64,000 nt of DNA, from positions 18,724,001 through 18,788,000 of the forward strand of contig NC_047062.1 of assembly GCF_902459465.1 (NCBI RefSeq), given 5' to 3'. Shown here in pieces: positions 37,348-50,500 of this stretch (the stretch's first letter is position 1; each line of letters begins with the position of its first letter). The translations under genes and the position numbers were made by a program. The notes below the pieces were generated by a model. That model ran no database searches, was not told the origin of the DNA, and was given only the letters and a program-made list of their open reading frames with translations. The DNA is from Asterias rubens (taxonomy: Eukaryota).

Positions 37348-40300
37348 TAGGTAATAAATACCCATTTATGTTTTGCTCAAACAAGAAGACGAAATTGAAA
37401 CCATTTATGACTCACATCTTCCTCAGTACAATATGCTTGGCTTGCTTCATGATTTTCTCGAGTAGACACTCCCTGATGTCAAAGGCAAGAACAATTAAAT
37501 TTTACATTTTCTATTTGATGAGTAACATCACCCACAAACATATTTATGATTGTGGAAATTTGTGTGAGCCCAAAATGGTGTTTTTCTTGCGCAGGGGTAT
37601 TGAATAATTGATTATTTTGCTTGAGTCATTTCTCAGATTAAAATGTTTTGGGGTGAAAAGTAACCAAACCATATTACTTCGAAGAGAATCCTTTCTCAAA
37701 ATAGTTTATACTATCAAGGTCCCAGCTGTATATTTCAAGAATACCTCTGGGTTTTACCCCTAGTAAAGATGAATATCCCCCCTGGGTATGCTCATTTTCC
37801 GGGGTAGAACAGGGTAAAAGCGATCCAAGTGTTATTCCCTGGGGTTCCCTGTGCGAATAGAGTACAGTGTAGTGTGAAAAGGGCTTTAGTTACCCTTGCT
37901 GCATGTCGGTCAGTTCTTTCCTGCTAAGAGCGTGTGGTCCTGCGAGTCTTCGCTTCTTGCTCATAGTATGGGAGGCTGTAATTGGCCGAGGTGTGGACCC
38001 ATTCATGTTGCTTCTGTGTAATTCTCTCAGAAGTTGATGAAGAGAGTGCTCAAGGGCATGGTTGGATTTCTTCACTGGTTCAATCTGCTGGGTGCAAATA
38101 AAAATGACAGTTAATTATCAACATCTGTACGTTTTCGTGTGGGGACTTTTTATTTATTCTCAGACCTTGGATTAGTGCAATATTGAGTTTTGCCTTAGCT
38201 GTTATTCCTTCACCAGTATGCAAATACATTGTACATTTCTTTGTAGTTGTACAACTCCCTAACATCACAATAATCTTGGTTGGAAACCTGGAATTACACA
38301 GAGGCCATGGTCTCTGTTGCCGCCCAGGCCAAATTTCATAGAGCTGCTTAGCACAAAAATTTGCTTAGCATGAAATTTCTTCCTTGATTAAAACAGGATT
38401 ACCAACCAAATTACCACTTCATTTTCAGGATAAGAAAACAGCAGCTGACTACCAGTAACAAGCAATATGCAACAAATAGAAATTTGGTTTGTAATCCTAT
38501 TTTTATCAATGAAGAAATTTCATGCTATGCAAATTTTTGTGCTTAGCAGCGCTATGAAATTGGGCCCTGGTCTTGGCCTTGGCTTCCCTCCAAAACTTTA
38601 CCATAGACAACATTTTACAATGGAAGTGCCCTTTACAAAATGAAAATGGCATTGCCCTCTGCAAGATGAAATTCCAGGCCCGCTGTTGGGCCATTTTGGG
38701 AATCAATTTCCCTTTGTGTTCCTTCCATGGAGTATTTTATACAGTTCAGAGTGCACTTAAAGACAGTGAACACTAATGGTAATTGTCAAAGATTAGTCTT
38801 CTCACTTAGTGTATCTCCACATATGCATAAAATAACAAACCTGTGAAAGTTTGAGCTCAATCTGTCGTCGAAGTTGCGAGATAATAATGAAAGAAAAAAC
38901 ACCCTTGTCACACGAAGTTGTGTGCTTTCAGATGCTTGATTTCGAGACCTCAAATTCTAAATCTGACGTCTCGAAATCAAATTCGTGGAAAATTACTTCT
39001 TTCTCGAAAACTACAATGTTTCAGAGAGAGCCGTTTCTCACAATGTTTTATACTATCAACCTCTCCCCATTACTCGTTACCAAGTGAGGTTTTATGCTAA
39101 TAATTATTTTGAGTAATAACCAATAGTGTCCACTGCCTTTAACGCCATGCGGGATTTATATGGCAACCATAATACGTGTAATTTGACTCCCAAAATGGCG
39201 TGCATGGCAGACACTAGTTGCATGTGAATTTGGTGAACGGTTTCAATCGTTACTCCACCAGCATAGCCCTCCCTCACCAACATAACCCCAAACAATTTAA
39301 AGTGAAATGCATGAAGAGTAAGACCTCGATGACTTTATTTATTTTCTCAAAATGAAGATTGAGTTGTAAATGATCATATGCAGCAACTGCAGGTTTTTTT
39401 CCCTAGAATTAAAACGGAGAACAAGGAGCTGGCCACCATTGCTTGCCACCATTTGACACCGAAGAATGACACGGTTACAAGGGGCAGTATAGGAATTTGC
39501 ATTTCTCTGTTATAATTGAGGTTGTGACATACTTCCAGGCCCGATACCTCACGGAAGCAACAAAGGCGATGCGCACTGGTCATTGACTTGGTGCCCTTGA
39601 AATGCTTCAACAAATTTAAAATTTTCTCATACAAGGTGCCCTTTACCATAAAGAAAAATGCCTTGGTGCTCTTGATCTTTAAAAACTGAAGCATACACCA
39701 CAGGCCTGTGCTTAACAGATTATGAATTTAATCCTGACTTCAAAAAGGACATTCGTGCAACTGTTTGTCGAACTATATGGGTCAAGTGAACTTCAAAGTG
39801 ACCAAACATTCGGCTTTGTCTTTGCATGAAGCATGAACAAGCTGGCGGCTCAGAATGGATGAGTAATTTATTGTTTTAGATGACATCATGCTGGTTGTAT
39901 GCATCCTGCAAAGGCATTACCACATTTCTTTTCAGAACTGAGAAGTCTCCCGAACCCCTGAACATCTACTCCACAGTAGTAGAAAAAAGAAAGACAGTTC
40001 TCTAAGAACAAACTCTACCTGGCAAGTAGATACACACATGGAGTTACCGCAAACCAAATATATATATCATTACAGCATTGTTGTTGTTTACTCTGCCTAG
40101 CTAGGGACTCATTGCCATCTGTATGAACCAATGAAACAGGCCCATAACCTGGACCCAATTTCATAGATCTGCTCTTAAGCAGAAAATGTTGCGAAACAAT
40201 TTCCTGCTTAGCAAAAATGAGCAAGATATGGTAAATGTTGAAAAGTATTTTGGCTGGTAATAAATGGTAACCTTTATTTCTGATAAGCATAACTTTGCTG

Positions 40301-43300
40301 TGCTTGGCTCCTTTTCTCTATGAAATTGGGCCCTGCCGTCGATTTCACAAAGAGTTAGGACGAGTAACTCTAAGTTTAATCTTAAGGTCTGCATGCTACA
40401 GTGCAGGGTTGGAACTTGTCCTAAGTCATAAGTTAGGAAGAGTTTTGAGAAATCGACGGCTGGGCTTTTTTATTACCCAATATTAGAACTTGTATTTCAA
40501 CGAACAGTCCATAGTTGGAATTACAATGGGTTTTCCACGCTCTCAGTCCAAAATAACCAACCAAAAAACAGTTAAAACTTTTAGGTTACTTTTAGCAGTT
40601 ATTAAACACATGAATCACAACACCTGCATCCTAACAGATGACCTTAAAACAGACTCAAACTTAAGAACCATCCCCCTCCTCAATTGTAAAAGATGGTATT
40701 TAAGCAAAATGTTGTTATGAATGTGGCACTATTTATTCCATCTTATCAAAGATGTGTGAATGTTTTATGTGTTACACAGCAAATCATGTCTTGAAAGGTC
40801 ATGGGTCAAAGGTGAAATGAACGTGCTCGTTTTGAGTTGATAGTGTTAAGATGGGAGTGCAAACTCACCAAAGGCAGGTAATTAATACTGTCTAACGACT
40901 GTAATATAAAATTCAGAACAAATTTTAAAAGACATAAAAAATAACCAAGTTTCGTCAAGATGGCAAGTTTTTGTTGTAATAATAATTTATTTTTCTAAGT
41001 GGTTTTATAATTGGATTTTTGTCTTAGGTGTTGCTTTTTTACCTCAGTATATTCTTTTCTGTGTTTAGCGGTTTGACGCCTAGCATAAGACGCTATATAA
41101 ATACCTTTTTATTATTATTATTTTTGTTATGCAGTGTTACTCCTCCCCATGAAAAAGGAAAAAAACACAAAACAACTCTGGATCAGTCTTGACCCTGGTG
41201 ACCAAAGACTACAACTTAGGAAGTGATTGTTCTGGTTGCTAACCAACTATGCCAACGATTAATGAAGAATTACAATCACCATATTTTGCTACCCTCCACC
41301 TAGGATTGTTTTATGTCACTTTGTGTGATATCCGCTTGGATCTAGTTGGTTGGAAAAAGTGTTTGTTATCACTCTGATGCCTTGCAGTGGCTATGCTGAC
41401 TTTGTACTTCTATTCTTATAAAATTTAGATTTTTGGGGTTGCACAAAGAAAAATTTACTAGAGCGGGATTTGAACCAACAATCTCCGGATTCTTTCCCTT
41501 GTGGTTTATTATTTGATACCGGTAATACAAAATTATTAAGGTTTCATCTCAAATAGAAAAGAAGAAAAGACATTAATAAACAAAACAAAAACAGTTTGTT
41601 CTGTATAGTTTCTCATATTTTAAAAAGTTCGCTCAGATTGAAGAGGAATATTGATTACATTTTGGTTTCACAAAGCTGATCATGAAAAAAAAGTTGAGAA
41701 TGAGTGATTGAGTTGATTAAATATCACCACTCACCACTGGGCGATACTCAATATTGCTTGCAGACTGGAATAAAATCAGACAAGATATTTACCAAGTTGA
41801 AAAGTTGCCACTCACTCACACTTGTAATGACAAGTTTACTATTTGGAGTTTTTACAATTACACAAATGTATAATAAGCACCATATACTCAGTGTTTTCTG
41901 AGTCTTGTATACTACTCGGAAAGAACTCAGAATAATTATTACAGCCCATACTAAGCCTTCTTTTGAATGGGAGAAAAACACCAGAATAATGACTCATTCA
42001 ACAAACCCACAAGAATGTTCATATTACCCAATCACTTTGGCTACCGATTGTATAATGAATCAAGATTGCTCTTCTTGCTTTTAAATGCTTGCACAAAACT
42101 ACTCCTTGATTTGTTTTCAATTTACTGTTACATTACACTTCTCCACGATTTCTTCGGTCCACACTTCACTCGCTTGATTGTTCCCGTGCAAACAAAGTTC
42201 TAGGGCAAAAAGCCTTCAGTGTAGCTGGGCCTATCTTCCGACTGCCATTAGCGAATCTGTTACGCTATCTTCATTTCGTAAAGTTCTAAAGACTCATCTT
42301 TTTCCAAGTTTAGTTGCTTTTAAGTGCGCTTTGATCTTGATGAAATAGCGCTTCATAAATTTTAATTGTTATGATACATTAAGAATACTGATCACAGTCG
42401 CTGTCTGCGTCAGTTACACTGGCCCCATGTGTAAATTGTAGACCAACTAAAATATGGCATTATTGACTATTGTATTTATTAGTTTGTTTTTCTTGTAGTG
42501 AAGTGCTGTTTGTATTACCTGGTAATCCACGCTTGTGTTGTGGCACAGTGCAAGGCAGAGCTGAACACCAGGGAACAGATTACAAAAGATCTGATTACCA
42601 ACTACGATATGGGGTACCGGTGATTTCAACTGTACAGCTTCTCTGGCAATCTGCAAGAAAAGAAGAATCAGTCAAAGTCTATTTTTGGGGTCCAAAACAA
42701 TTTCATCAAAACTAATTCAATTTATTGCATCTTAGAAGATTTGTATGTAAAATTTGCACATACTTGTTATCACTGATTGATTTAAGAAATGCAATTTAGC
42801 CCAAGGCATGATTTTTTATTTTAATATCTGAAGAAGAAAAAAATGTACTTAAAATGTAAAATATTCTTATGTGAGAGCATTGACATCCTATTTTTCAACT
42901 TGGAGCACATTTGGATAACACTACATGTATTTTTTAAAATTCTTGCTCACACAACTTAGGCTGAACTCTGATTATCAAGATGTTGTTTTTAATGCTTGTT
43001 GACTATCCCTATTCCCTATGCTCTCGTTTGTTTTTGTATGTTTTCCTCTTTTTCTGTAATTCTTGGTCAGATTGTTTTTTTTCCTCAGTCTTCTGTTTAT
43101 TGTATTGTACTGTCTTCTAAAGCCTGAGTAAATACCTGAGCAAAGATTTCCTTGCAGAAGAGAACAGTCTGAGCCACTTCAAGTCTCTCCTGCCAATGGG
43201 CGTTAGTTGATACCCTACTCCTACTGGCTTGGCTTAGAAAAGATGTCGCAATATCTGCTTCTCCTAACAATTAATCAAAAGAAACAAAGTAAGACTTTTA

Positions 43301-46300
43301 TCTATGCCGACAAGATCACCCTCCTACTGGCTGACTATTCAAACATGAATTATAGATGCACTATGCTGAAATTTTTATCCACAAGATTGTAGAAAATACA
43401 GTGACTATAATACACCGGGGCTGTCTTTCATACCTTGATGGTAAGTTCACATCTTTCAAGAAAGTTTTTTAGACAAAAAGAGAACCATGTGGAAAGCATC
43501 CTGAAATACGAGCAAATCCTGAAAACAAGTCACACGCTCGAGTGATGAACAATTCTATTGGCAACCACTGGATGGAAATCTAAACCACTGCTCTTTGACC
43601 TCGGTGATCTCACTGACCTTCTTTTATAATGACTTGTATGTAACTAGTTCCCTCAATATCCGATGGGATGGTTACTCTGAGCGGAGTTGAAAGACTCTTG
43701 TCAGTAGAATCAACGTCAATATCGGTCGTCTTCGTCACTTCAAAGGCCCCACTGTGCCAGAATCGGGAGCCAGCTGAAACCAAACAAAATTATGGTGCTG
43801 TTGATTCATTGCACTGATGTTAAACTTGGAAATTGTCTGCCCATGAAATAGGGGTAACATTTTATGTAAAGATATGGTGCAGGTCTAACTGCATGTATGT
43901 AAGCTAACTTTGCACAGTAAAACACAGGGAATCTGACTCCTAAAATGGCGTTTAGGTACCCAATTAAAGACCTGGATTATAAGAAGCAATCTAGCTCATA
44001 GACACAAGTGCCATGGATGGGCCAGGGGCAGAATTTGAACCAACATTCTTAAAACTCTGCCACCAGCACAAAGTCTGGTGATTAAGACCACTTAACCATG
44101 ACACGCCATAAACATACAGTTCATGGATTATCAGTAAGCTTCAAAACTTTGGATTGTCAATGCTTGTTTTGAGTTCAAATCCAGCCTATCCTGTTGGTCT
44201 TGAGCAATACATCTGAACATAATCGCTTTACCCTTTGGATGGGAATTTCAGCAGTAGGTCCCTTGTGTTAGGACAGGTACCAGAAGACATTATTGTGAAA
44301 GACTACAGTATGGGTCACCAAATTGGACCAGCAGTCCAGTGGGTGTTTAAAGCCTCCTACTGTCTTACCTGTTCTGACCCTTGTGTTAGGACAGGTACCA
44401 GAAGACATTATTGAGAAAGACTACAATATGGGTCACCAAATTGGACCAGCAGTCCAGTGGGTGTTTAAAGCCTCCTACTGTCTTACCTGTTCTGACCCTT
44501 GTGTTAGGACAGGTACCAGGACACAATATTGTGAAAGACTACAATATGGGTCACCAAATCGGACCAGCAGTCCAGTGGGTGTTTTAAGCCTCCAACTGTC
44601 TTACCTGTTCTGAAGCTGAGGTCACCAAGTATATTCTTGCCAACCTTCTTAAGCCGCCAGTGTTGTCTCAATCTAAGTTGATCGGCATGGAAGTCATTAT
44701 GATGTTGAGTCTTCTGTGGGCTGCTGGTGGTGGTTTGTGGTTGTCGCATCATACGCGTCGCTCCATTCTGAAGAATACTGGCTGCACCACTCAAACTCTT
44801 CATTGCATCAGAAACACAGAAAAGTTAAAATGATTACCAAGCCTGTTGAATAAAATGGCTTCTGAACGGCACATCTTAACAACAATATTGACAAAATAGG
44901 AATACTACCAACATTTGGGCTAGATAGCTCAGTTGGAAGAGTTAATTTAGAAGTCGCAGGTTTAAATCTCATTCTAGTGAATTGGTTTGTGGTTTATTAC
45001 TTTAAATTTCATTTTGTATGCTGTTTCTCTCAATGTTCAAACATAATGTCCTTTCACTCAATGAAAACGCATCAAAACTGGAACTGTCTGATTGTCTTTA
45101 GACAATCAGACAATTGTTTGAATCTGTACCTTTTTCTTGTCCAGCAGCTGGACTAATTGCTTGGATTGAGTTTGTTCTTGAGACACGGGGTCCAGAACCA
45201 TGTAGCGAGGATCTCTTGCCCATCGACAGATGTGTAAGATATCTGACAAGACACTGATTTCAGTAAGGGCACACCTGGAGGAATCAGAAGAAAAAACCCA
45301 ACTTATATAAAACGGTCTTGATAAAATTGCATCGCAGATGAAGAATATTATATGATTTTACCCATTAGGCTAGCTTGGTGGTCTAAAGGTTAGACATTTA
45401 CTCTAGATTCATTGGCAAAGGTTGTAGGTGCAAATCCCACCAGAGTAACAAGCCTGTCGATTATTTACAGAGTATACAGTGCTTTAAAACACATTGGTAG
45501 ATGAGTAAAACACATTATTTAAATACAAACAAGTTTTATTCCAATTTAAATTTGCCCCCCCCCTCCAAACTTGAAGGCCTGTATAGAATTAAAAGGGCGA
45601 CCACGCAATTAGAACCTGACACCCAACAAAAATGGAAAATGAGCCCAAAACAAATAACACTTAACCCTTTCACAGTAAAGTGCACCCTGTTGAAAATGCA
45701 CCAATTTGAGCCATATGACGTGTGCCGTGTACTCCAATAAGTGTAAGGTTCGTTCTGCTGGAGACAATAGCAGAACAAACTTCCATAGTTCTTGGAGTAT
45801 GTGCTGTAATGCTTTTTGCTGTGATGTTTTTTTAACTTCCTCTGTGCTTCTCACAATGTGCGCCAAGTGCGATTATCAAGTAACTATAATCAAAACAAAC
45901 AACGCCCACAACAAGGCATGGGACAGGTTGAACATGGCGCATCCATAGCAGAGTCTATGGGACAAACCTAAGTTTACTATGCACTGATTCCCACGGCCAC
46001 TGCACTGCTGTGACTGCTGCTGCTGCCTCATCCTTAGAGGTGTCAGTCTTCTTGCTCTCCTTCTCTCCTTCTGGAGTCACAGCTTCATTGTTGTCTTCTC
46101 CCTCGGACTTTGTGAAGTCGATACGGTGTGCTAGCTTGGCAAGGCTTTCTGACATAGAAAGGGGCCTAGACAAACAATGAAAGTAATACATAGGGAAATA
46201 TATCACTGTTTCTTTCTGAGAAAATGTGTTCCCATTTTCTAGATTTCAATACAAAATCAGTCTGTGTCTGTGAAATATCTACAAAATAAAAGTGGGCAGG

Positions 46301-47178
46301 TTTTAGTAAGGACAATAATATATCAAATCAATGGTTTGTCAGGGATTTGTTATGTTTTTCTCAGTATTTGCAAGAATAAAAAAGATAACCACCTTTGGGC
46401 TGTGAATAAAGTTACAATAAGTCGCTCTGGCAAGGGTCAAAAACTCTTACTTACAATTATTGTATAAACTACTGGGAAATTAGCTTCCAATTCTTGAAAA
46501 TATTTAAGAGGAAATCAGTAATTACCCTCTCTCTGGAGAATTTAAATTTTACTAATTTTGTTAAAACCAAATTGAGACAAAGCAAAACATCAACCAATCG
46601 GGGGCCCAATCATGACAAAAACACCCTCTGCCCATTCGCTATGCTCTGCTACTGACTGTAGTCTACACAAGGCACAATGATGTTAATATTACTGTTACAA
46701 TGTGACCTTGCAAACCACACAGTGAATAGCATCTATCTAGTTGATGATTGATAGTGTGCATGTTTGTATGGTGATTAAAGTCAACCATGTCAACATGATA
46801 AAGTATCAACTAAATTATAGTCTTTCTCAAAAGTCTAGAAAAACAAAAGGTCAAAACTCTTTCAGGGTCGAGTATAAAGCCATTTAATATTTTACTAAAC
46901 TAGTATAAATGACCGCAAAGCCAAATAAACCAACAGGTCCATTTATTTGGTTTAAATTGTTTTGAAGTTTCGAGTTTGCAACACACATCACATTCTTCAC
47001 ACTTCAATTCAACTGTTCTCTATTCAAAACTAAAAAGTTATATTATTAATTATTATCATTTCATCGAGTAAATTTATAATAATAAAACATACTTAGTATA
47101 GGTTTCTTGTCCATCTAACGACACCTCTTGCACTTGAAATTCTTGCAAAGACTCTATAGAAACCGTGACAGAATCCAT
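34371..47178 (-). CDS. MED17: Mediator subunit 17, 634 aa; exons 47178-47093, 46165-45968, 45274-45130, 44797-44605, 43773-43618, 43263-43136, 42650-42519, 38087-37894, 37472-37416, 36707-36570, 36050-35936, 35233-35085, 34584-34371
   Basis: SIESL..[104 protein letters not shown]; all 12 junctions GT-AG and in frame. Confidence 0.95.
34775..34900 (+). mobile_element. tRNA-derived SINE head (others at 37045-37110, ~45365-45470, and minus-strand fragments at ~34741, ~41455, ~44030)
   Basis: A-box TAGTGGTCTAGTGG and B-box GGTTCGAATC, but no complete cloverleaf or acceptor stem. Confidence 0.6.
36150..36350 (-). mobile_element. SINE 3' body with (TTA)n tail (related fragments at ~33010-33180, ~53904-54030)
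   Basis: AATAATAATAATAACTAGTTCTTATATAGAGC tail and TCAACCTCTACCCTCGTAGGTACCCATTTATACCCCTGGGTG core; family recognised from memory. Confidence 0.55.
37291..37347. repeat. Compound (GA)n/(GACA)n microsatellite
   Basis: Direct reading. Confidence 0.95.
38757..39142 (-). mobile_element. Kolobok-like MITE, family A
   Basis: TTAA flanks and TIRs, reverse orientation, in MED17 intron 7. Confidence 0.85.
42030..42372 (+). mobile_element. Degenerate L2/CR1-clade LINE 3' end
   Basis: Broken translation WLPIV**IKIALLAFKCLH...SPRFLRS...GQKAFSVAGP...FRKVLKTHLF matches the L2 ORF2 C-terminal pattern; ends in AGCGCTTCATAAAT...TTAT tail. Confidence 0.7.
44260..44613. repeat. 3 x 118-bp tandem repeat that includes the MED17 exon 4 splice donor
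   Basis: Units start at 44260, 44378, 44496; each contains TGTCTTACCTGTTCTGA (minus strand TCAGAACAG|GTAAGACA). Confidence 0.95.
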
Positions 47179-47540
47179 GTTGGCTACTCATTGAATCGAG
47201 ACAACACTCTCAAAATAGATGTTTCTAAATCTAGAAATAGATTTGTGCACTGAAGAAGGAGGAATTCCCTTTTTAGTTTTCATCGACTGCTAATGTCACT
47301 GGTATCCGATTATAATTTCCGTAAATAGTCTGGTATTTGCTTCAAAGTGTTGTATCTTTATTAATAGAAGGATTACAGGTACAAGGGCATTGGTGTCACG
47401 GTGTTTTGTGCGCAAACGAATGATTGAATACGCTGGTAATCGACAGTACCGGCTGTGGTTAGAGTAATGGTCCTGGGCCAAGGTCATTTGACGTCATCCG
47501 AACAGCGGTCATGGGGCGATTCCGAGTGAGGAAGGCGAAG
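47179..47540. promoter_or_regulatory. Bidirectional promoter shared by MED17 and TADA2B (362 bp between start codons)
   Basis: Divergent ATGs; full CRE TGACGTCA at 47489-47496; CCAAGGTCA nuclear-receptor site at 47478-47486; YY1-like AAGATGGCCG over the TADA2B ATG. Confidence 0.75.
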
Positions 47541-50500
47541 ATGGCCGGTAAGTTGCCTCCTCTTTCTTAAACATTCCCAGGGTTTTCCCAAAAAACTGCA
47601 GGTCCTTATCTCATTATTTTCCCCCTGCGTTCTTTTTCGTTTTAGAAACTCCCACACGGTACTACTGCAACTATTGCCAGGACGAGTTAAAGTCGTTCAG
47701 CGTGCGCTGTTGTGAGTGTACGGACTTCGACCTTTGTTTACAGGTAATGGGAAGGGTAGTGCATTGAATGTACCCGTGTGTTCTGTGGTGGTGTGTACAT
47801 CCGTGTACATGCAGTGTGTGTGATGTGTACATTGGGAGCACTCAGGCGTTTCCTGCCGGCATGTTGTTCACTGCTCACACAGTGATAATGCATGTGCTGG
47901 CAATGTAAGCAAATAATAAGGCAGACACTGGTACTATTTTAATTGTGTGTGTGCATTGTGCATGTTTAAATGTACAATCTGAATGCAATTTTGTGATGGG
48001 ATGCATTGCAAACCATGTTGTGTTTGTGTTGTGTTGTTCAATTGACTACACAGTTGTAACTATAAATAAATAGGCCTACAGCTGATATTGAATTTTAAAG
48101 ATAAACATTATGTTTACCTAAATACAAATATATAGATTCTGCTGTTGAATGATGATGGTAGCCTTTATTACCATCAACCATGGAGGAATGCATCAACAAA
48201 GCCAGTTTTAGTTTTGTTTCTCAATATTCTGCACATCAACAACAACACCAAAGTTCCCAAACAAGTGCTTTATTCCCTTTAATAATAAGCCTTTATTATT
48301 ATATATATAATCCATTAAACATCAGATTAGATTTTGAGATTTCGAAATCAAGCATCTGAAAGCACACAACTTCGTGTGACAAGGGTGTTTTTTCTTTCAT
48401 TATTATCTCATAACTTTGACGACCAATTGAGCTCAAATTTTCACAGGTTTGTTATTTTATGCACATGTTGAGATACTCAAAGTGAGAAGACTGGTCTTTG
48501 ACAATTACCAATAGTGTCCAGCAGAGTCTTTAAAACAGTACTTGAGTCTTGAGGGTGTTGATAAAAGGTTGTAATTTAATTGCTTCTTTGATGTTCCTGT
48601 AATACTATTAGTATTTTGATCAGTTTGCTTTTCAACACCAAACTAGCCACTCAGAGAGAGTATAATAATTGACTGGTCACCGGGTGTTTTTAACTGTGGG
48701 TGCTGGTCATCTGTTTCTCCTTGTCACTGACTGGCTTGATATTTATACAATTTTGTAAATTTGTGCAGAGCTTCTTTTTTTCTTAAAACCATTATGTATG
48801 TACGTAGTTATATTTTGTGGAATGCACCTTTCATTGGCTTTAGTTGTTTTGCCGAGGGTAAAGTGTAGGGTAAATAAATGTAAATTAGGGATAGACATAA
48901 ATGTTTTTAATAATATGTTATGGTTACTTATGCGCACATATTTACATTGTATGTACTAATCCCATTTGTTTATGATTATTTTGCAGTGTTTTTCTGCTGG
49001 AGCGGAACTTGGCTCTCACAAACGAGACCATGATTACCAAATTATTGTAAGTATGGCACAGCATTCTTCATTCAAAGTACTCCAAAGGGGGATATAAAAT
49101 TAAGACTTTGGTTAAGGAGATGTCCCCCCCCCCCAAAAAAAAAAAAATGGAAAAGAGAGGTATTTGATTGAATTTATTTACTTTTTAATGCCCTGTCTCA
49201 CATAGGCCTCGATAACGAGAACAAAAACGATCTAGGTTAAAAAATGCACGGCATCGATTGGTTGAATGAGCTGGGGCGTATTCTGCTTGGAGCAATTCAA
49301 CCAATATAATGCGTTCTCTTTGCGTCGTTATCGTTTTCGCTGGAGTGTGACTCGGCCTTTACACTTGAAGATTTTAAAATTTAAATATTTTTGTTTTTGT
49401 ATTAAAGGACAACGCACTATTAGCCTGTGGTGACAAAGAATGGAGTATGAGCGAAGAGTACTTATTATTAGATGCAATAGAAACGTTTGGCTTTGGAAAC
49501 TGGTAAGTAATACAATTGAAAGACAAACATTGTTTTCATATATTCTACTTTATATATGTAATATTCACTTAAAGGCAGTGGACACTATTGGTAATTGTCA
49601 AAGACTAGCCTTCACAGTTGGTGTGTCTCAACATATGCATAAAATAACAAACCTGTGAAAACTTCAGCTCAATTGGTTGTTGAAGTTGCGAGACAATAAT
49701 GAAAGAAAAAACACCCTTGTCAAAGGAAGTTGTGTGCTTTCAGATGCTTGATTTCGAGACCTCAAATTCTAAATCTGAGGTCTTGAAATCAAATTTGTAG
49801 AAAATTACTTCTTTCTCGAAAACTACATTACTTCAGACGGAGCCGTTTCTCATAATTTTTTATACTATCATTCTCTCCCCATTACTCATTACCAAGTAAG
49901 GTTTTATGCTAATAATTATTTTGAGTAATAACCAATAGTGTCCACTGCCTTTAAATGTGTCGCACTCAGTGTTGTCGAAGACTTAACAGGAAAGTAAATG
50001 TACATTGTTGTGTTACCATCCTTTTGTTTTAATAAACACACCATGCCTTACAATACAACAAACCTATGTGTAGAAAACTTCCAGTCATTGGATGAGAACA
50101 TTCCAAATAAACCAATCTTGACCGGCCACTTCTGCCTCCTACATAGTAAACCCAGTGCCTATAGGTCCTTCTCTGCATTACGTTTGTCCATGTTGTCCTA
50201 GGGCTGCCTGGTCTACGTTTCTCACGGCAGTGTTTTTAATTGTGTCGTTTGTATGTTTTTTTTTACCCAGGGCGGATGTTGCAAGTCACATAGGTTCTAA
50301 GTCCCCTACAGAAGCAAGAGAACACTATGACAGCAATTATATATGTGGGAATCTCGGCAAAGGTAGGATGGTCCACAAATACTCTCAAAGTAATTTATCA
50401 AAATAGAAATGTTTCTGAACATGATATCAGGTTGCAGGCTTGAAAAATTGAAAACCACAGTGTGTCAGCTCAGTGCTAAAGGTTGTTAATTGCAATTTCA

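Noticed and set aside
44260-44613. Tandem repeats as a CRISPR array
   Set aside because: No unique spacers, no cas genes, eukaryotic context.
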